Positions 43,026-53,126 are shown, counted from the first letter of the stretch. The stretch is DNA of 63,686 bases from Patescibacteria group bacterium (GCA_041499035.1 JBGQJK010000004.1:1-63686); one strand, 5' to 3'. A program made the numbers and translations. Notes: generated by a model not told the origin, from the letters alone.

Positions 43026-43595
43026 ATGGTAAAATTAACAGTGTTCAAAACATTTCTGAAAATTTTCCTGCCAACTGCTTTTGTTCTGACTTTTACTTCA
43101 TTTGGAATTTATGGAGGGGTTCAGCAGGCGCTCCGGCAATCCGCAAATAGTCCTCAGGCACAAATGTCCCAAGACTTGGCGGTAGGGCTATCAGCCGGAA
43201 CGGATCCGACAAAGGGGTTAAACGGTACAAAAGTTGATGCCGCGAAAAGTCTGGCTCCATTTTTAATTGTTTACGATGAAAACGGGAAGGTTTTGTCCTC
43301 TACTGGCTTTATAAACGGAGTTGCTCCGGTCCCACCAATAGGTGTTTTTAACTATACGAAAGAGAATGGCGAAGATAGAGTTTCCTGGCAAACAAAAGAC
43401 GGAACAAGGATTGCATCTGTGGTGAATCACTTTAGCGGCAAAACTCCAGGTTTTGTTTTGGCTGGTAGAAATATGAGAGAAGTTGAAAACATCGAAGACC
43501 GTATTTTTAAATTAACAATGCTAGGGTGGGTGAGCTCGTTGGGTTTTGCTCTTGTTCTTTCCCTTTTCCTCTCCAAGCTAAACAGTAAAAAATAG
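43026..43595 (+). CDS. hypothetical two-TM protein with ~130-aa extracytoplasmic domain
   Basis: TM helices at both ends (FLPTAFVLTFTSFGIYG and MLGWVSSLGFALVLSLFL). Sits between the two-component system and the second ABC module. Confidence 0.5.
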   Translation: MVKLTVFKTFLKIFLPTAFVLTFTSFGIYGGVQQALRQSANSPQAQMSQDLAVGLSAGTDPTKGLNGTKVDAAKSLAPFLIVYDENGKVLSSTGFINGVAPVPPIGVFNYTKENGEDRVSWQTKDGTRIASVVNHFSGKTPGFVLAGRNMREVENIEDRIFKLTMLGWVSSLGFALVLSLFLSKLNSKK

Positions 43596-43596
43596 T

Positions 43597-44799
43597 TTAT
43601 TCGTACTTGAGGGCTTCGATTGGATTTAACTTGGAAGCGCGCGCTGCGGGCGCAACGCCAAAGACAATTCCTATTGCTGCAGATACTCCAAATGCTAAAC
43701 CAACCGACCAAAGAGATACAGATGTTTGTATAAAATGGCTTAGACCCCAAGCACCTAATGCGCCAATCGCAACCCCTATCATTCCTCCCCCGAGGGAAAG
43801 AACTACCGCTTCGATCAAAAATTGATAAAGAATATCACTAGGCTTTGCGCCGACTGCTTTCCTAAGACCTATCTCACGAGTGCGCTCGGTGACACTTACA
43901 AGCATAATGTTCATAATTCCAACCCCACCTACCAGTAGAGAAATTGCCGCGATTCCTCCAAGAGCCAGAGTTAAAGCACCGAGTACCTGATTTATAGTTT
44001 GTACTAGGGAGCCGTTATCAACCACAGAAAATTCGTCATCTTTAAGGCGCTTTGAGAGTAGATGTTTAATTTGATTAATTGCCAAGGGGATTCCTTCTTT
44101 ATCCACTGCTTTGGAAGCGATAACTTGCACCCCGTGAAGACCAAAAACTTTTTGGGCTGAAGTTAACGGAATTATCGTGTAGCTATTTACATCAATCCCA
44201 AACCCGCCCGATCCGATTTGATTTAAAATTCCAATGACCTCAAATTTCTGACCTCCGATTGTGACTTTTTTCCCTATGGGGTCCGCCCCGTTAAAGACAT
44301 CTTTTACAATTGATGTACCGATTATTGCAACATTCCTGGAAACCCTTGAATCTGCATCGTTTATTGTTCTGCCTTTACTCACCGTTAAATCGCGGATCCG
44401 CAAGTAGGTTGCGTCTACTCCCACAACAGTTCCGTATTTATTCTTTCCGCCACTGCTTACCGTTGTCGGATACTGAATCCCGCCGCCGGCAGTCTCAACT
44501 GACCCTCCCAGTTTTGAAATATCGTTTACATCTTTCTCGGTTAGTTTTGTCCCCGCAAAATTCGGGCTACTGGCGGCAAAACCTCCCTGCCCGACCTTTC
44601 CCGGTAAAACTGTTATCAGGTTACTGCCCAATGATTCAAAAGTGCTGAGAAGATAGTTTTGCAACCCCTGTCCTATAGAAACAAGGAGTATAACCGCAGA
44701 AACTCCGATGATAATTCCAATCATTGTAAGAATTGACCGGGTTTTATTCCGTAATAGACTCCTAAGGGCTAGTTTTGTAATTTCGGGTATTGCTATCAT
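43597..44799 (-). CDS. MacB-type ABC transporter permease, module 2
   Basis: Same architecture as 38025-39248, with TERTREIGLRKAVGAKPSDI. Clearly diverged from module 1. Confidence 0.85.
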   Translation of the reverse strand: MIAIPEITKLALRSLLRNKTRSILTMIGIIIGVSAVILLVSIGQGLQNYLLSTFESLGSNLITVLPGKVGQGGFAASSPNFAGTKLTEKDVNDISKLGGSVETAGGGIQYPTTVSSGGKNKYGTVVGVDATYLRIRDLTVSKGRTINDADSRVSRNVAIIGTSIVKDVFNGADPIGKKVTIGGQKFEVIGILNQIGSGGFGIDVNSYTIIPLTSAQKVFGLHGVQVIASKAVDKEGIPLAINQIKHLLSKRLKDDEFSVVDNGSLVQTINQVLGALTLALGGIAAISLLVGGVGIMNIMLVSVTERTREIGLRKAVGAKPSDILYQFLIEAVVLSLGGGMIGVAIGALGAWGLSHFIQTSVSLWSVGLAFGVSAAIGIVFGVAPAARASKLNPIEALKYE

Positions 44800-45491
44800 T
44801 TTTGTTTATTTTTCTTGTCCGTTAGAACCTGTCCATCTTTAATTTCAACTATCCTTTTAGCGACTTGGGCAATCTCTTGTTCATGAGTAACAAGAACGAT
44901 TGTATTGCCGTTCCTGTTCAGGGTCTTGAGAAGCTCGATAATTTCGTGGCTGGCCTTACTGTCGAGGTTTCCCGTCGGTTCGTCTGCCAGAATCAAACTT
45001 GGTTTTGTTACAAGAGCCCGAGCTATTGCTACCCTTTGCTGCTGGCCTCCGGAAAGCTGGTTCGGGGTATGATCCATTCTATCGGATAGGCCTACTTCGG
45101 CAAGAGCTTTTTCCGCACGATTCTTTCTCTCATCGGCCCTAACGCTTGAATAAATCAAAGGCAGTTCAACATTTTCAAGAGCTGAAGTTTTTGGCAGAAG
45201 ATTAAATGCCTGAAAAACAAACCCGATATATTTATTTCTTAAAGTCGCCAATTTTTCTTCGGAAAGCTTTGCAATATTTTTCCCGTCAAGGTCCACCTCG
45301 CCAGAGGTTGGTTTATCTAAAATACCAATAATATGCATTAGAGTAGATTTTCCTGACCCCGACGGGCCGATTATTGCCACAAACTCACCTTGATTTATTT
45401 TGAGACTAATGCCCCTCAGCGCCTCGATAAGGATGTCGTCGCCCAACTTATACGATTTTTTTACGTTAGAAAGAGTAATGAGGGCACCCAT
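44796..45491 (-). CDS. ABC transporter ATP-binding protein, module 2
   Basis: [25 protein letters not shown] and VTHE. Confidence 0.9.
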   Translation of the reverse strand: MGALITLSNVKKSYKLGDDILIEALRGISLKINQGEFVAIIGPSGSGKSTLMHIIGILDKPTSGEVDLDGKNIAKLSEEKLATLRNKYIGFVFQAFNLLPKTSALENVELPLIYSSVRADERKNRAEKALAEVGLSDRMDHTPNQLSGGQQQRVAIARALVTKPSLILADEPTGNLDSKASHEIIELLKTLNRNGNTIVLVTHEQEIAQVAKRIVEIKDGQVLTDKKNKQK

Positions 45492-46625
45492 TTAGTTACT
45501 TGCTGTTACTTTTGTACTTGCTGCAAAGTTTGATGCCGGATTATCAATAACCTCCTGGCCGCTGCTTAGACCGGATTTTACTTCTGTTTCATCAGTCGAA
45601 GATTTACCCGTTTCAATATTAATTTTTTTAGATTTTCCGCCTTCTATTCCCCAAACATAACTTTTGCCCCCATCCGCTACCACCGCAGAAGAGGAAACTT
45701 TTAGTACATTCGGGATTGTGTTGTATATAATATCCACGTCTCCCTGCATGCCAACTCTAAATTTCAAGTTGTCGTTTTTGGGAAGGGAAATCCGTACATG
45801 GTAGGCATTGCCGCCCGTACTTGATGTAAAAGCAACCAAACCGACATTTACAACTAGTCCTTGAAATGTTTCATCTGGGTAGGCGTCAAGTTTAATATTA
45901 ACTTTTTGGCCGACTGAAACGTTCGGGAGGTCTGATTCTTCGACTTCTGAATCGAAGTAAACCGTAGCTGGGTTAACAATTGTATAGTTGGCGGAAGCGG
46001 CAACCACCTGCATGCCTGGAGAACTCGGGCTGACCGTATCCATTACCCCGGAAAATGGCGCCGTAATAACGGCATTTGCCAAATTATCTTGAGCTGCCAA
46101 CATGGCGTTATAGGCATTGTCCCTGTTTACCTCGGCCGTTGTCCTTGTTACTTTTTGGGCAAAAGTTTCATCACCCGAATGGCCCTTTACGCTGTCGAGC
46201 GCCTGTTCCGCCTGAGCCTGGTAATTTCTGTAATTACCCAACGCCTGCTGATATGCGGCGTTAAGAGGGACTGTATCCAACTGAGCTATCCAGGCACCCT
46301 TGCCGACTTTGTCTCCGCTTTTAACAAAAACGCCAGCGATTTTCCCACCTGCCGGGAAAGTCAGCTGAGAATACTGATCCGCTTTAACCGTTCCTGATGT
46401 GGAGACAGATTGTACAAGGTCGCCTTGACTGACTTTGACCGTTTGCACTTTGGTGGTTTTGTTCGACCCGGCAATTACCCGCCAAATAACAATCAGGGTG
46501 ATAACCAGGATCACCCAAAACCACTTTCCGAGCTTCGATTTTAAGTTTTTAAATTTGTCTACCATTGCCTTTAATTCTATGCGTTTCGCTACACCAAGTG
46601 AAGATTGTATTCCTGAAACCGCCAA
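45492..46625 (-). CDS. HlyD/MacA-family periplasmic adaptor, module 2
   Basis: TM helix, IAGVFVKSGDKVGKGAWIAQLD, a coiled coil, and ITAPFSGVM. The start may be the internal ATG at 46565. Confidence 0.8.
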   Translation of the reverse strand: MAVSGIQSSLGVAKRIELKAMVDKFKNLKSKLGKWFWVILVITLIVIWRVIAGSNKTTKVQTVKVSQGDLVQSVSTSGTVKADQYSQLTFPAGGKIAGVFVKSGDKVGKGAWIAQLDTVPLNAAYQQALGNYRNYQAQAEQALDSVKGHSGDETFAQKVTRTTAEVNRDNAYNAMLAAQDNLANAVITAPFSGVMDTVSPSSPGMQVVAASANYTIVNPATVYFDSEVEESDLPNVSVGQKVNIKLDAYPDETFQGLVVNVGLVAFTSSTGGNAYHVRISLPKNDNLKFRVGMQGDVDIIYNTIPNVLKVSSSAVVADGGKSYVWGIEGGKSKKINIETGKSSTDETEVKSGLSSGQEVIDNPASNFAASTKVTASN

Positions 46626-46732
46626 AATTCAAGACCGTCACTACAAAAGGTTAGACCTCTTGACACGGGTACTTAACTGAGAAGATACTGAAATATAGTG
46701 AGGATTCTCCAAAGAAAGAGGGTGAAACGCGA

Positions 46733-46927
46733 ATGAAAATGTCAACATTGGATTGGGTTGCGTGGACTTTGGTTCTTGTAGGCGCGCTAAACTGGGGGCT
46801 TGTAGCTTTCAATTTTAACCTTGTGGAAATGCTCTTTGGTGCAGGCATGCTTTCTCAGTGGGTATACGGACTGGTGGGGCTTAGTGGCCTTTACGTAGTC
46901 TGGATGATGCTTAGTAAGAAGAAGTAA
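46733..46927 (+). CDS. DUF378 family small membrane protein
   Basis: LDWVAWTLVLVGALNWGLVAFNFNLVEMLFG is the characteristic DUF378 pattern. Confidence 0.6.
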   Translation: MKMSTLDWVAWTLVLVGALNWGLVAFNFNLVEMLFGAGMLSQWVYGLVGLSGLYVVWMMLSKKK

Positions 46928-46938
46928 TTACTCTAAAA

Positions 46939-47265
46939 TTAAGAAGATTTAAGGTCTTGCAGGAGGTCGGCCGAAAAATCGCCGATTTCCTGTTTTATAA
47001 GGTCTTCAATATTATCCGAGATCCTGCTCCTGAGGTATCCTATAAGTAGATCCTGGTCGTGCGGGCTCTTGTGGAATATTTCCAAAAACTCCTCATGATG
47101 TTCACGGGGGAGTTTATCCAGAATACAACCTATTACTTTGTGATGGACTATTTCATCCACCATACCCCAAAGCTCTTCCCGTTCCTTGGCGGTTTTGGCC
47201 ACTTTTTTAATTTGCCTGTCGACCTCCTTGAGCTCGACTAAGTGATCGAAAAATAGTTTTGACAT
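46939..47265 (-). CDS. hypothetical protein
   Basis: 108-aa helical, acidic ORF directly upstream of 47289 on the minus strand. No recognisable motif. Confidence 0.4.
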   Translation of the reverse strand: MSKLFFDHLVELKEVDRQIKKVAKTAKEREELWGMVDEIVHHKVIGCILDKLPREHHEEFLEIFHKSPHDQDLLIGYLRSRISDNIEDLIKQEIGDFSADLLQDLKSS

Positions 47266-47288
47266 ATTTAGACTGATTCAAGCTTCGC

Positions 47289-48272
47289 TTATGCCCGTGT
47301 TAAGGCTACACCCGGAATGTTTACACCATTATAGTCTACAGGTCCAAGCGGGACCCGGTTTTGCGGGTCATCAACAAAAAATATTATAACCGGCCCCTTT
47401 TTATAGCGCGACCCACCAAGGTAATTCATAACTGCCGGGCTACCTCCAAACTGTTTTCCTGTGAAAGCGGCCGGGCCGCTGTCGGCAATGTCCGCAACAA
47501 TAGCATTGCCGTTAGCCGTATTCACTATTAAAACCTTCCTGTATTTATACCAATTTGCCAAAAAAGGCTGGCGCGTGTTCCAATCCGGTAAATATAAAGT
47601 TTGAACTACGGCATACCATTTTTCGTTTTGAATATCTTCTTGCGTAAGCTGTGCTTTGGATGGGGCGAAGTAACTCCAAGCACCAGTACCGGGCGCCATG
47701 CCTTCATCATCGGGTGTTAATTCATGCGTACCGATAGTGTCCCCTGGATAGCGAAGTAAATGTTGTTCCGCGCCAATATACCCATAGGTAGTATTCAGAT
47801 GTTCACCTTCCAAAGTCGCTTTAGTGTTGATTCCCATAACGTCGGAGAAAACTTTTTCCAGGTTTTTTTCCTGAGACCGGGTAAGTGGGCCAACTTGTGT
47901 AGGCAGATAATTTTGCATCGAGGCGAGTAACACCTGACTTGGAGGAATAGAGTTGGCATCGGACTCCCCAACATTTAAATTTGCAAGATTCCTTACAATA
48001 TCGGCCGGATTTGGCATAGTTGTTGTCATAATCGGCGGGGTAAGAAGAAGTGTTCCGGTCAAGGCTCCCGTAGTTATAACTCTCGCGGAGTGTTCGCGGA
48101 TTTTACTTAAGTCTGAACCCCTATCGGCAAAGAATTTTTGAACGTGAGGGTATTTTTTATTAAAGGAGTCTTTTACATCCTGCCGCTTCTCTTGAAGTTT
48201 GTTTCGGAGAAATTCAGTGTCAATTCTAGATTTATTTATTTCGTTTGTTGTCCGGGCAGGATCGTGAGCCAT
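47289..48272 (-). CDS. hypothetical single-TM protein, C-terminus with RlpA-like double-psi beta-barrel resemblance
   Basis: One TM helix (VITTGALTGTLLLTPP). The C-terminal KVLIVNTANGNAIVADIADSGPAAFTGKQFGGSPAVMNYLG resembles DPBB (V.V.N..NG..V.V.V.D.GP) proteins. Confidence 0.45.
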   Translation of the reverse strand: MAHDPARTTNEINKSRIDTEFLRNKLQEKRQDVKDSFNKKYPHVQKFFADRGSDLSKIREHSARVITTGALTGTLLLTPPIMTTTMPNPADIVRNLANLNVGESDANSIPPSQVLLASMQNYLPTQVGPLTRSQEKNLEKVFSDVMGINTKATLEGEHLNTTYGYIGAEQHLLRYPGDTIGTHELTPDDEGMAPGTGAWSYFAPSKAQLTQEDIQNEKWYAVVQTLYLPDWNTRQPFLANWYKYRKVLIVNTANGNAIVADIADSGPAAFTGKQFGGSPAVMNYLGGSRYKKGPVIIFFVDDPQNRVPLGPVDYNGVNIPGVALTRA

Positions 48273-48275
48273 TTT

Positions 48276-49631
48276 CTATTTTTTATTTTCTCCTAAACCT
48301 CTTTCAAGTCGTGCAATGGTTGCAGCACTTCCAATCGGAACAAGTGTTTCATTCAATGGTGGGGTGAATTTACTTCCAGAAATAGTGCCTCTTAAATCCA
48401 TATAAAAATCGCTAGTCTTAAAATTGTTCTTCTCCACCACCGTACCTAACGATTGGGTGATAGTCGGCAAACTCCAATTTGATGGTTTTATTTCTATCAG
48501 AGCTAGTGTTGCAGCCGAAATATGAGCTATATACTCCGGCGTGAATGCTAGTGGTTTTATTTCGTCCGTCTTTTTAAAAATATAACCAGCTAAACTATCG
48601 AAATCTGAAAGTTTCTTTATTCTATCTTTAATTAAAGGAACCACTTCTTTTAATTTTTCCTCACCAGCGTTTTTTGGAACGAAAGGCTTCAGGAGTTTCA
48701 AGAGCTCTTTATCGGACATCTCACGAATATAGTGACCGTTAAACCAATCAAGTTTGTCCTGTAAAAATCTTGGGTTTGCTTCCTGAAAACCATTTATATC
48801 AAAATTTTCAACAAACTCGGGAAGTGTATAAAGTTCACGGTTATCTTTTGGCGCCCAACCCAAAAGCATAATGAAATTTAGAAGCGCTTCCGGAAGATAT
48901 CCTTGCTTGAGGAACTCCTCGGCAAAAACCGAGTCCCTGCGTTTTGATAGCTTCTTTCCGGTCTCCGCGGAAAGAATATCCGTTAAATGTCCTATTTCCG
49001 GCCTTTTTCCTCCCAAGTATTCAAAAACCAATAGGTGAATCGGGGTTGAAGGAAGCCAGTCATGACCCCGGAGAATGTGAGAGATTTTCATTTCCAAGTC
49101 ATCCACCACTGCCGCCAGGTGATAAGTTGGGAATCCGTCGGTTTTAAGTAATGTTGCGTCGTAAACAGTATTGGTATTCCAGGAAATTTCTTTTTTGTGA
49201 ACAAAATCATGGTAAGAAACAGTTTTGCCATCCGGTACCTTAAGTTTTATTGCCCCGGAAGTTAGATTTTTATCGTGGCATGGGTCCCTGAGAGTATTGG
49301 AAAAACCTTCCTCTTTTGCATTTCTGGCCTTACAATCGCAATAAAAAGCATGGCCGTCTTTTACAAGTTTTTCCGCTGCGTTTTTATATAGTTCAAGCCT
49401 TTCGGATTGAACATAAAATTCGTCCCAATCTAAACTAAATTTTTTTAAAGTGTCCTGAATAGCTTCTGTGGAACCTTTTACTTCTCTTTTTTGATCTGTA
49501 TCCTCAATTCTCAAGATAAAATCGCCTTTCTCGTGCTTGGCTAATGCATATGCATACAATGCAGTTCTAAGACTCCCGATATGTAAAAAGCCTGTTGGGC
49601 TGGGGGCGAAGCGGGTGCGAACGCTGTTCAT
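48276..49631 (-). CDS. gltX: glutamate--tRNA ligase
   Basis: RFAPSPTGFLHIGSLRTALY carries the HIGH motif, and KLSKR is the KMSKS-type motif. Confidence 0.9.
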   Translation of the reverse strand: MNSVRTRFAPSPTGFLHIGSLRTALYAYALAKHEKGDFILRIEDTDQKREVKGSTEAIQDTLKKFSLDWDEFYVQSERLELYKNAAEKLVKDGHAFYCDCKARNAKEEGFSNTLRDPCHDKNLTSGAIKLKVPDGKTVSYHDFVHKKEISWNTNTVYDATLLKTDGFPTYHLAAVVDDLEMKISHILRGHDWLPSTPIHLLVFEYLGGKRPEIGHLTDILSAETGKKLSKRRDSVFAEEFLKQGYLPEALLNFIMLLGWAPKDNRELYTLPEFVENFDINGFQEANPRFLQDKLDWFNGHYIREMSDKELLKLLKPFVPKNAGEEKLKEVVPLIKDRIKKLSDFDSLAGYIFKKTDEIKPLAFTPEYIAHISAATLALIEIKPSNWSLPTITQSLGTVVEKNNFKTSDFYMDLRGTISGSKFTPPLNETLVPIGSAATIARLERGLGENKK

Positions 49632-49671
49632 ATGATTGAATTGTAGCAGCCCGAGCCGCTATACTCAAAGT

Positions 49672-50742
49672 ATGACCAGTCTGACCCAAATAGCGATAAT
49701 GGCCCGCAAGGGGATCCGCTACACCCTCTATTTTATAATTTTCCTCACGATTGGAAAAATCTTGCTCGGGATAGGTATATCATTTTACCTCCAGATTTTT
49801 CCCCCTGCGCCTCCGCCCCCAACCGTTAAGTTTGGCAAATTGGCAAAAATTCCGTTCCCGATAAATAAATTAAATCCAAAGTTAACTTTTACGTTGGAAA
49901 CCGCCACAGGGGGACTCCCAACAGACCTTCCACCACAGGCAAAAATTTATTTCATGCCCAAGGTAAATTCGAACCTGCTTTCGCTTGATACCGCAAAAAA
50001 TAATGCCACTTCTCTTGGGTTTACCGATCCAAATCCACTACAGGAGACAGACGCCTTGTATAAATTCAAAAACCCAAACTATCCGTCAACCATGGAAGTA
50101 AATATAATTACCGGCGCCTTCTCAATCGGTTATGATTTGACTGCGGACAGAACTCCCCTGGTTAACCGCCCACCAGTTGCCGAAGTTGGAGCTTCAGCAT
50201 TCAGGGCAGCGCTATCGGCATCGAATCAATTACCGGACGACTTGACCGGACCCATGATCCCCGACTATTTGAAATTAACCAACGGAGCCCTAGCCAGTGT
50301 ATTGGCTTTGTCCGAAGCCGATGTAGTCAAAGTAAATCTTTTCAGGAAAGCCTACGACAAATTACCAAGTCTGACAAGTAGCCCCAATCAAAGTAATGTT
50401 TGGGCAATCGTAAGCGGTTCCGGGCAAAAAGGCCAGCAAATTGTGGCCGCTGAGTATCATTATTTTCCTGTTGATGAATCGCAGTTTTCTACCTATCCGC
50501 TGGTCACCCCCCAGGAAGCTTTCAGCGAACTTCAAGCAGGAAAAGTTTTTGTTGCCAGCATGGGACAATACAAAGACGGAGATAGTCTAAAAATAAGAAA
50601 AATATACTTAGCGTACTATGACTCGGATACCTCGGCCGACTTTTATCAACCTATTTATGTTTTTGATTCAGGGGACAACGACCCGGCCAATAGTTTTATT
50701 GCCTATTTGCCTGCAGTAAGCCCGACTTATTACGGAAATTAA
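49672..50742 (+). CDS. hypothetical N-terminally anchored protein
   Basis: ATG at 49672 is preceded by TATACT. The track start at 49636 is TTG. Has a TM helix followed by a PPAPPPPT stretch. No known motif. Confidence 0.5.
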   Translation: MTSLTQIAIMARKGIRYTLYFIIFLTIGKILLGIGISFYLQIFPPAPPPPTVKFGKLAKIPFPINKLNPKLTFTLETATGGLPTDLPPQAKIYFMPKVNSNLLSLDTAKNNATSLGFTDPNPLQETDALYKFKNPNYPSTMEVNIITGAFSIGYDLTADRTPLVNRPPVAEVGASAFRAALSASNQLPDDLTGPMIPDYLKLTNGALASVLALSEADVVKVNLFRKAYDKLPSLTSSPNQSNVWAIVSGSGQKGQQIVAAEYHYFPVDESQFSTYPLVTPQEAFSELQAGKVFVASMGQYKDGDSLKIRKIYLAYYDSDTSADFYQPIYVFDSGDNDPANSFIAYLPAVSPTYYGN

Positions 50743-51668
50743 GGGACCTTCACTTCCTGCCAGTTGTAACTGGTAAAGACCCAATCAATCAACTCTTTTG
50801 TTTCCCCAAACCTGTCCTGACTCCCTAAGATGGCGATCATAACTTTATGGTTATCCCGCTCGATGTAAGTAACAAGGTTTTCGCGCGCGTTTTCTGTCCA
50901 TCCCGTTTTGACTCCCATTACGCCGGGGACATTGCCCAAGAGTTCATTAACGTTTTTTAAACTATAGGAGACCCTTCCCGTTGCATCCTTCACAACTACA
51001 TCTTTTGTCCCGACAATCTTGGCAAATTCGGGATTCCTCATGGCGACTTCGGAGGCGCGTATCAGATCTTTGGCGGTCGAACGCTGACCGTCGGTATCAA
51101 GGCCTACCGGATTATCGAAATTGCTATTAGCCATAGAAAGGTCTTTGGCCTTTTGGTTCATAGCCGTTATAAAAGCGTCATATCCGCCCGGGTAATTCTG
51201 GGCCAACGTCTCCGCGGCATCATTAGCCGAATAAACCAGAAGTCCGTAAAGCAAGTTTTCGAATGTCATTTGTTCGCCCTGATAAAGTCCCATTTTCTGG
51301 CCGTCGACCGATACACCTTTACCCACCAATAAAACCTGATCGAGCTGGTAAGTGTCCAGTGCCACTAGAGCCGTAACTATTTTTGTAGTCGAAGCGGGAA
51401 GAAGGGGGGCATCTGCATTCTTTTCATATAGGGAAACTCCGCTATTTAGATCAACTGCCAGCACCCCTTGAGCCGATAGAGTCGGGAACGAAGACTCAGC
51501 CGCAAGAACCGGAAGAGGAGGAAAAAATTTTGACGGTTGAACGGTAGGACTATTGAATGGTTGAGGAACAATGGCTTGCCCGGAAATTACAAGTGCGGAA
51601 GACACCACAAAAATAAAAGCCAACATTACTAAGAACTGAAAATTATTCTTGTTACCGAAAAAATTCAT
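50739..51668 (-). CDS. D-alanyl-D-alanine carboxypeptidase (peptidase S11, PBP5-like)
   Basis: SxxK (ASTTKIV), SxN (YSANDAA) and KTG (VKTGWT) motifs, plus an N-terminal signal anchor. Confidence 0.8.
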   Translation of the reverse strand: MNFFGNKNNFQFLVMLAFIFVVSSALVISGQAIVPQPFNSPTVQPSKFFPPLPVLAAESSFPTLSAQGVLAVDLNSGVSLYEKNADAPLLPASTTKIVTALVALDTYQLDQVLLVGKGVSVDGQKMGLYQGEQMTFENLLYGLLVYSANDAAETLAQNYPGGYDAFITAMNQKAKDLSMANSNFDNPVGLDTDGQRSTAKDLIRASEVAMRNPEFAKIVGTKDVVVKDATGRVSYSLKNVNELLGNVPGVMGVKTGWTENARENLVTYIERDNHKVMIAILGSQDRFGETKELIDWVFTSYNWQEVKVP

Positions 51669-53020
51669 TTTGAAGACTTGTCCTCCGATTGAGAGAATCT
51701 AAAATCAACCCGTTCCATATCCCTTGGAAACATAGATGCTTCACGCACATTCTTAAGACCCAAAATATACATTGTTATACGCTCTGCCCCAAACGAAAAC
51801 CCGCCGAGAGGTGGCATTCCATATTTAAACGCTTGCAAATAAAGTTCAATATTTTTTGGAGTTATTCCCCATTCTTTTACATGTTCCAGTAGTGTCTGAT
51901 AATCGTGAATTCTCCGTCCACCCGTCATCCACTCTGTTCCCCTGCCAATTAAATCAAAACCCTGGTTAAATTCCGGGTTTTCCGGGTCGGGATAGGTATA
52001 AAACGGCCTGGCTTTTGTCGGATAGTGACTAACGAAAACAAGATCGCTCCCTTTTTCCTCAAGTGACCATTTACAAATTTCGCGTTCGTCCTCAGGCGCC
52101 AGATCTTTTTCTTTCCGGCAATCCCGGCCTGTCCTTTTATAGATAATTTCCTGAGCTTCTCTTAACTTTATAATTGGAATATCTTTTGAAACCTTAGGAA
52201 TTGTCGCGTTCCACATAGCAAGCTGCTTTTCGCATTTTTCCGCTACTTCATCAAGTATAAATTTTATCGTATATTCCGCCATTTCTTTTACATCCATGTA
52301 GTTTTCAATAAAACCAAACTCTGCATCCAAACACACAACTTCAGTTAAATGCCTTGTAGTTACACTGGGTTCTGCCCTAAAGACCTTATTAACACTAAAA
52401 ACCCGCTCAAAAATACTCACCAGGAGAGATTTATAAAGTTGGGGACTCTGAGCCAAATATGCTTTGTGGCCAAAGTAGTCCACTTCGAAAATATCAGCTC
52501 CACCTTCCGGGGCCGAAGAAATAATTGATGGCGCCTGAAATTCAAGAAAACCTTTATCCTGAAGAGCGCGTCTAAATGCGTCAATTACTACTTCCTGAAC
52601 TTTAAAGATCGCTTTAATTTTTGGATGACGCAAAGTTAAACTGCGATAATCCAGCAAGGTAGGGAGTTCGAGGTTCAGGTCTTCCGTCCCGATATCGAAA
52701 GGTAGTTCGGCGGCTTTACTTATTACTTCCAACTTTTCAATCTGGACTTCAACGTTTCCGGTTTTTAGGTTCGGGTTAACAAGTTTTTCGGGGCGCGCAG
52801 TAATAGTTCCTATGACCTCAATAACCGATTCGGGAGTAACTTTTGGAAGGTCCTTGCCTACACACTGTACAATTCCACTTCTATCCCGAAGATCAAGAAA
52901 TGTTATTTTGCCATGGTCACGGATAGAGTTGACCCAACCCTCAAGTTTGAGTTTTTCTCCAACCTTTTTAGGTGTCTCGCAAATCAGCGTCCGTTCCATG
53001 ACACCTATTTTAATGCACAT
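51665..53020 (-). CDS. aspS: aspartate--tRNA ligase, archaeal/eukaryotic-type (class IIb)
   Basis: About 440 aa. OB-fold LEGWVNSIRDHGKITFLDLRDRSGIVQCV, class II motifs FRAEPSVTTRHLTE, GGRRIHD and GGFSFGAERI...FPRD. An alternative ATG start is at 52999 (MERTL...). Confidence 0.85.
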   Translation of the reverse strand: MCIKIGVMERTLICETPKKVGEKLKLEGWVNSIRDHGKITFLDLRDRSGIVQCVGKDLPKVTPESVIEVIGTITARPEKLVNPNLKTGNVEVQIEKLEVISKAAELPFDIGTEDLNLELPTLLDYRSLTLRHPKIKAIFKVQEVVIDAFRRALQDKGFLEFQAPSIISSAPEGGADIFEVDYFGHKAYLAQSPQLYKSLLVSIFERVFSVNKVFRAEPSVTTRHLTEVVCLDAEFGFIENYMDVKEMAEYTIKFILDEVAEKCEKQLAMWNATIPKVSKDIPIIKLREAQEIIYKRTGRDCRKEKDLAPEDEREICKWSLEEKGSDLVFVSHYPTKARPFYTYPDPENPEFNQGFDLIGRGTEWMTGGRRIHDYQTLLEHVKEWGITPKNIELYLQAFKYGMPPLGGFSFGAERITMYILGLKNVREASMFPRDMERVDFRFSQSEDKSSK

Positions 53021-53051
53021 CGTAAACTAAATCTACCTTCATATTTAATGC

Positions 53052-53082
53052 TTGACACGAGGCTAAAAATCCTGTGTAATAT
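53052..53082 (+). promoter_or_regulatory. sigma70-like promoter of the 53.05-53.47 kb leader/ORF unit
   Basis: TTGACA (53052-53057), then either 17 nt to TGTAAT (53075-53080) or 19 nt to TAATAT (53077-53082). Confidence 0.5.
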
Positions 53083-53126
53083 TCACATTGTGTTGAAAAT
53101 TTCGATTTGGGCCAAGTTTATTCGCA

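Noticed and set aside
38025-46625. The two ABC/MFP modules as an assembly duplication or a recent tandem duplication.
   Set aside because: The protein sequences differ at most positions outside the universal motifs, and the intervening genes are unique. These are old paralogs.
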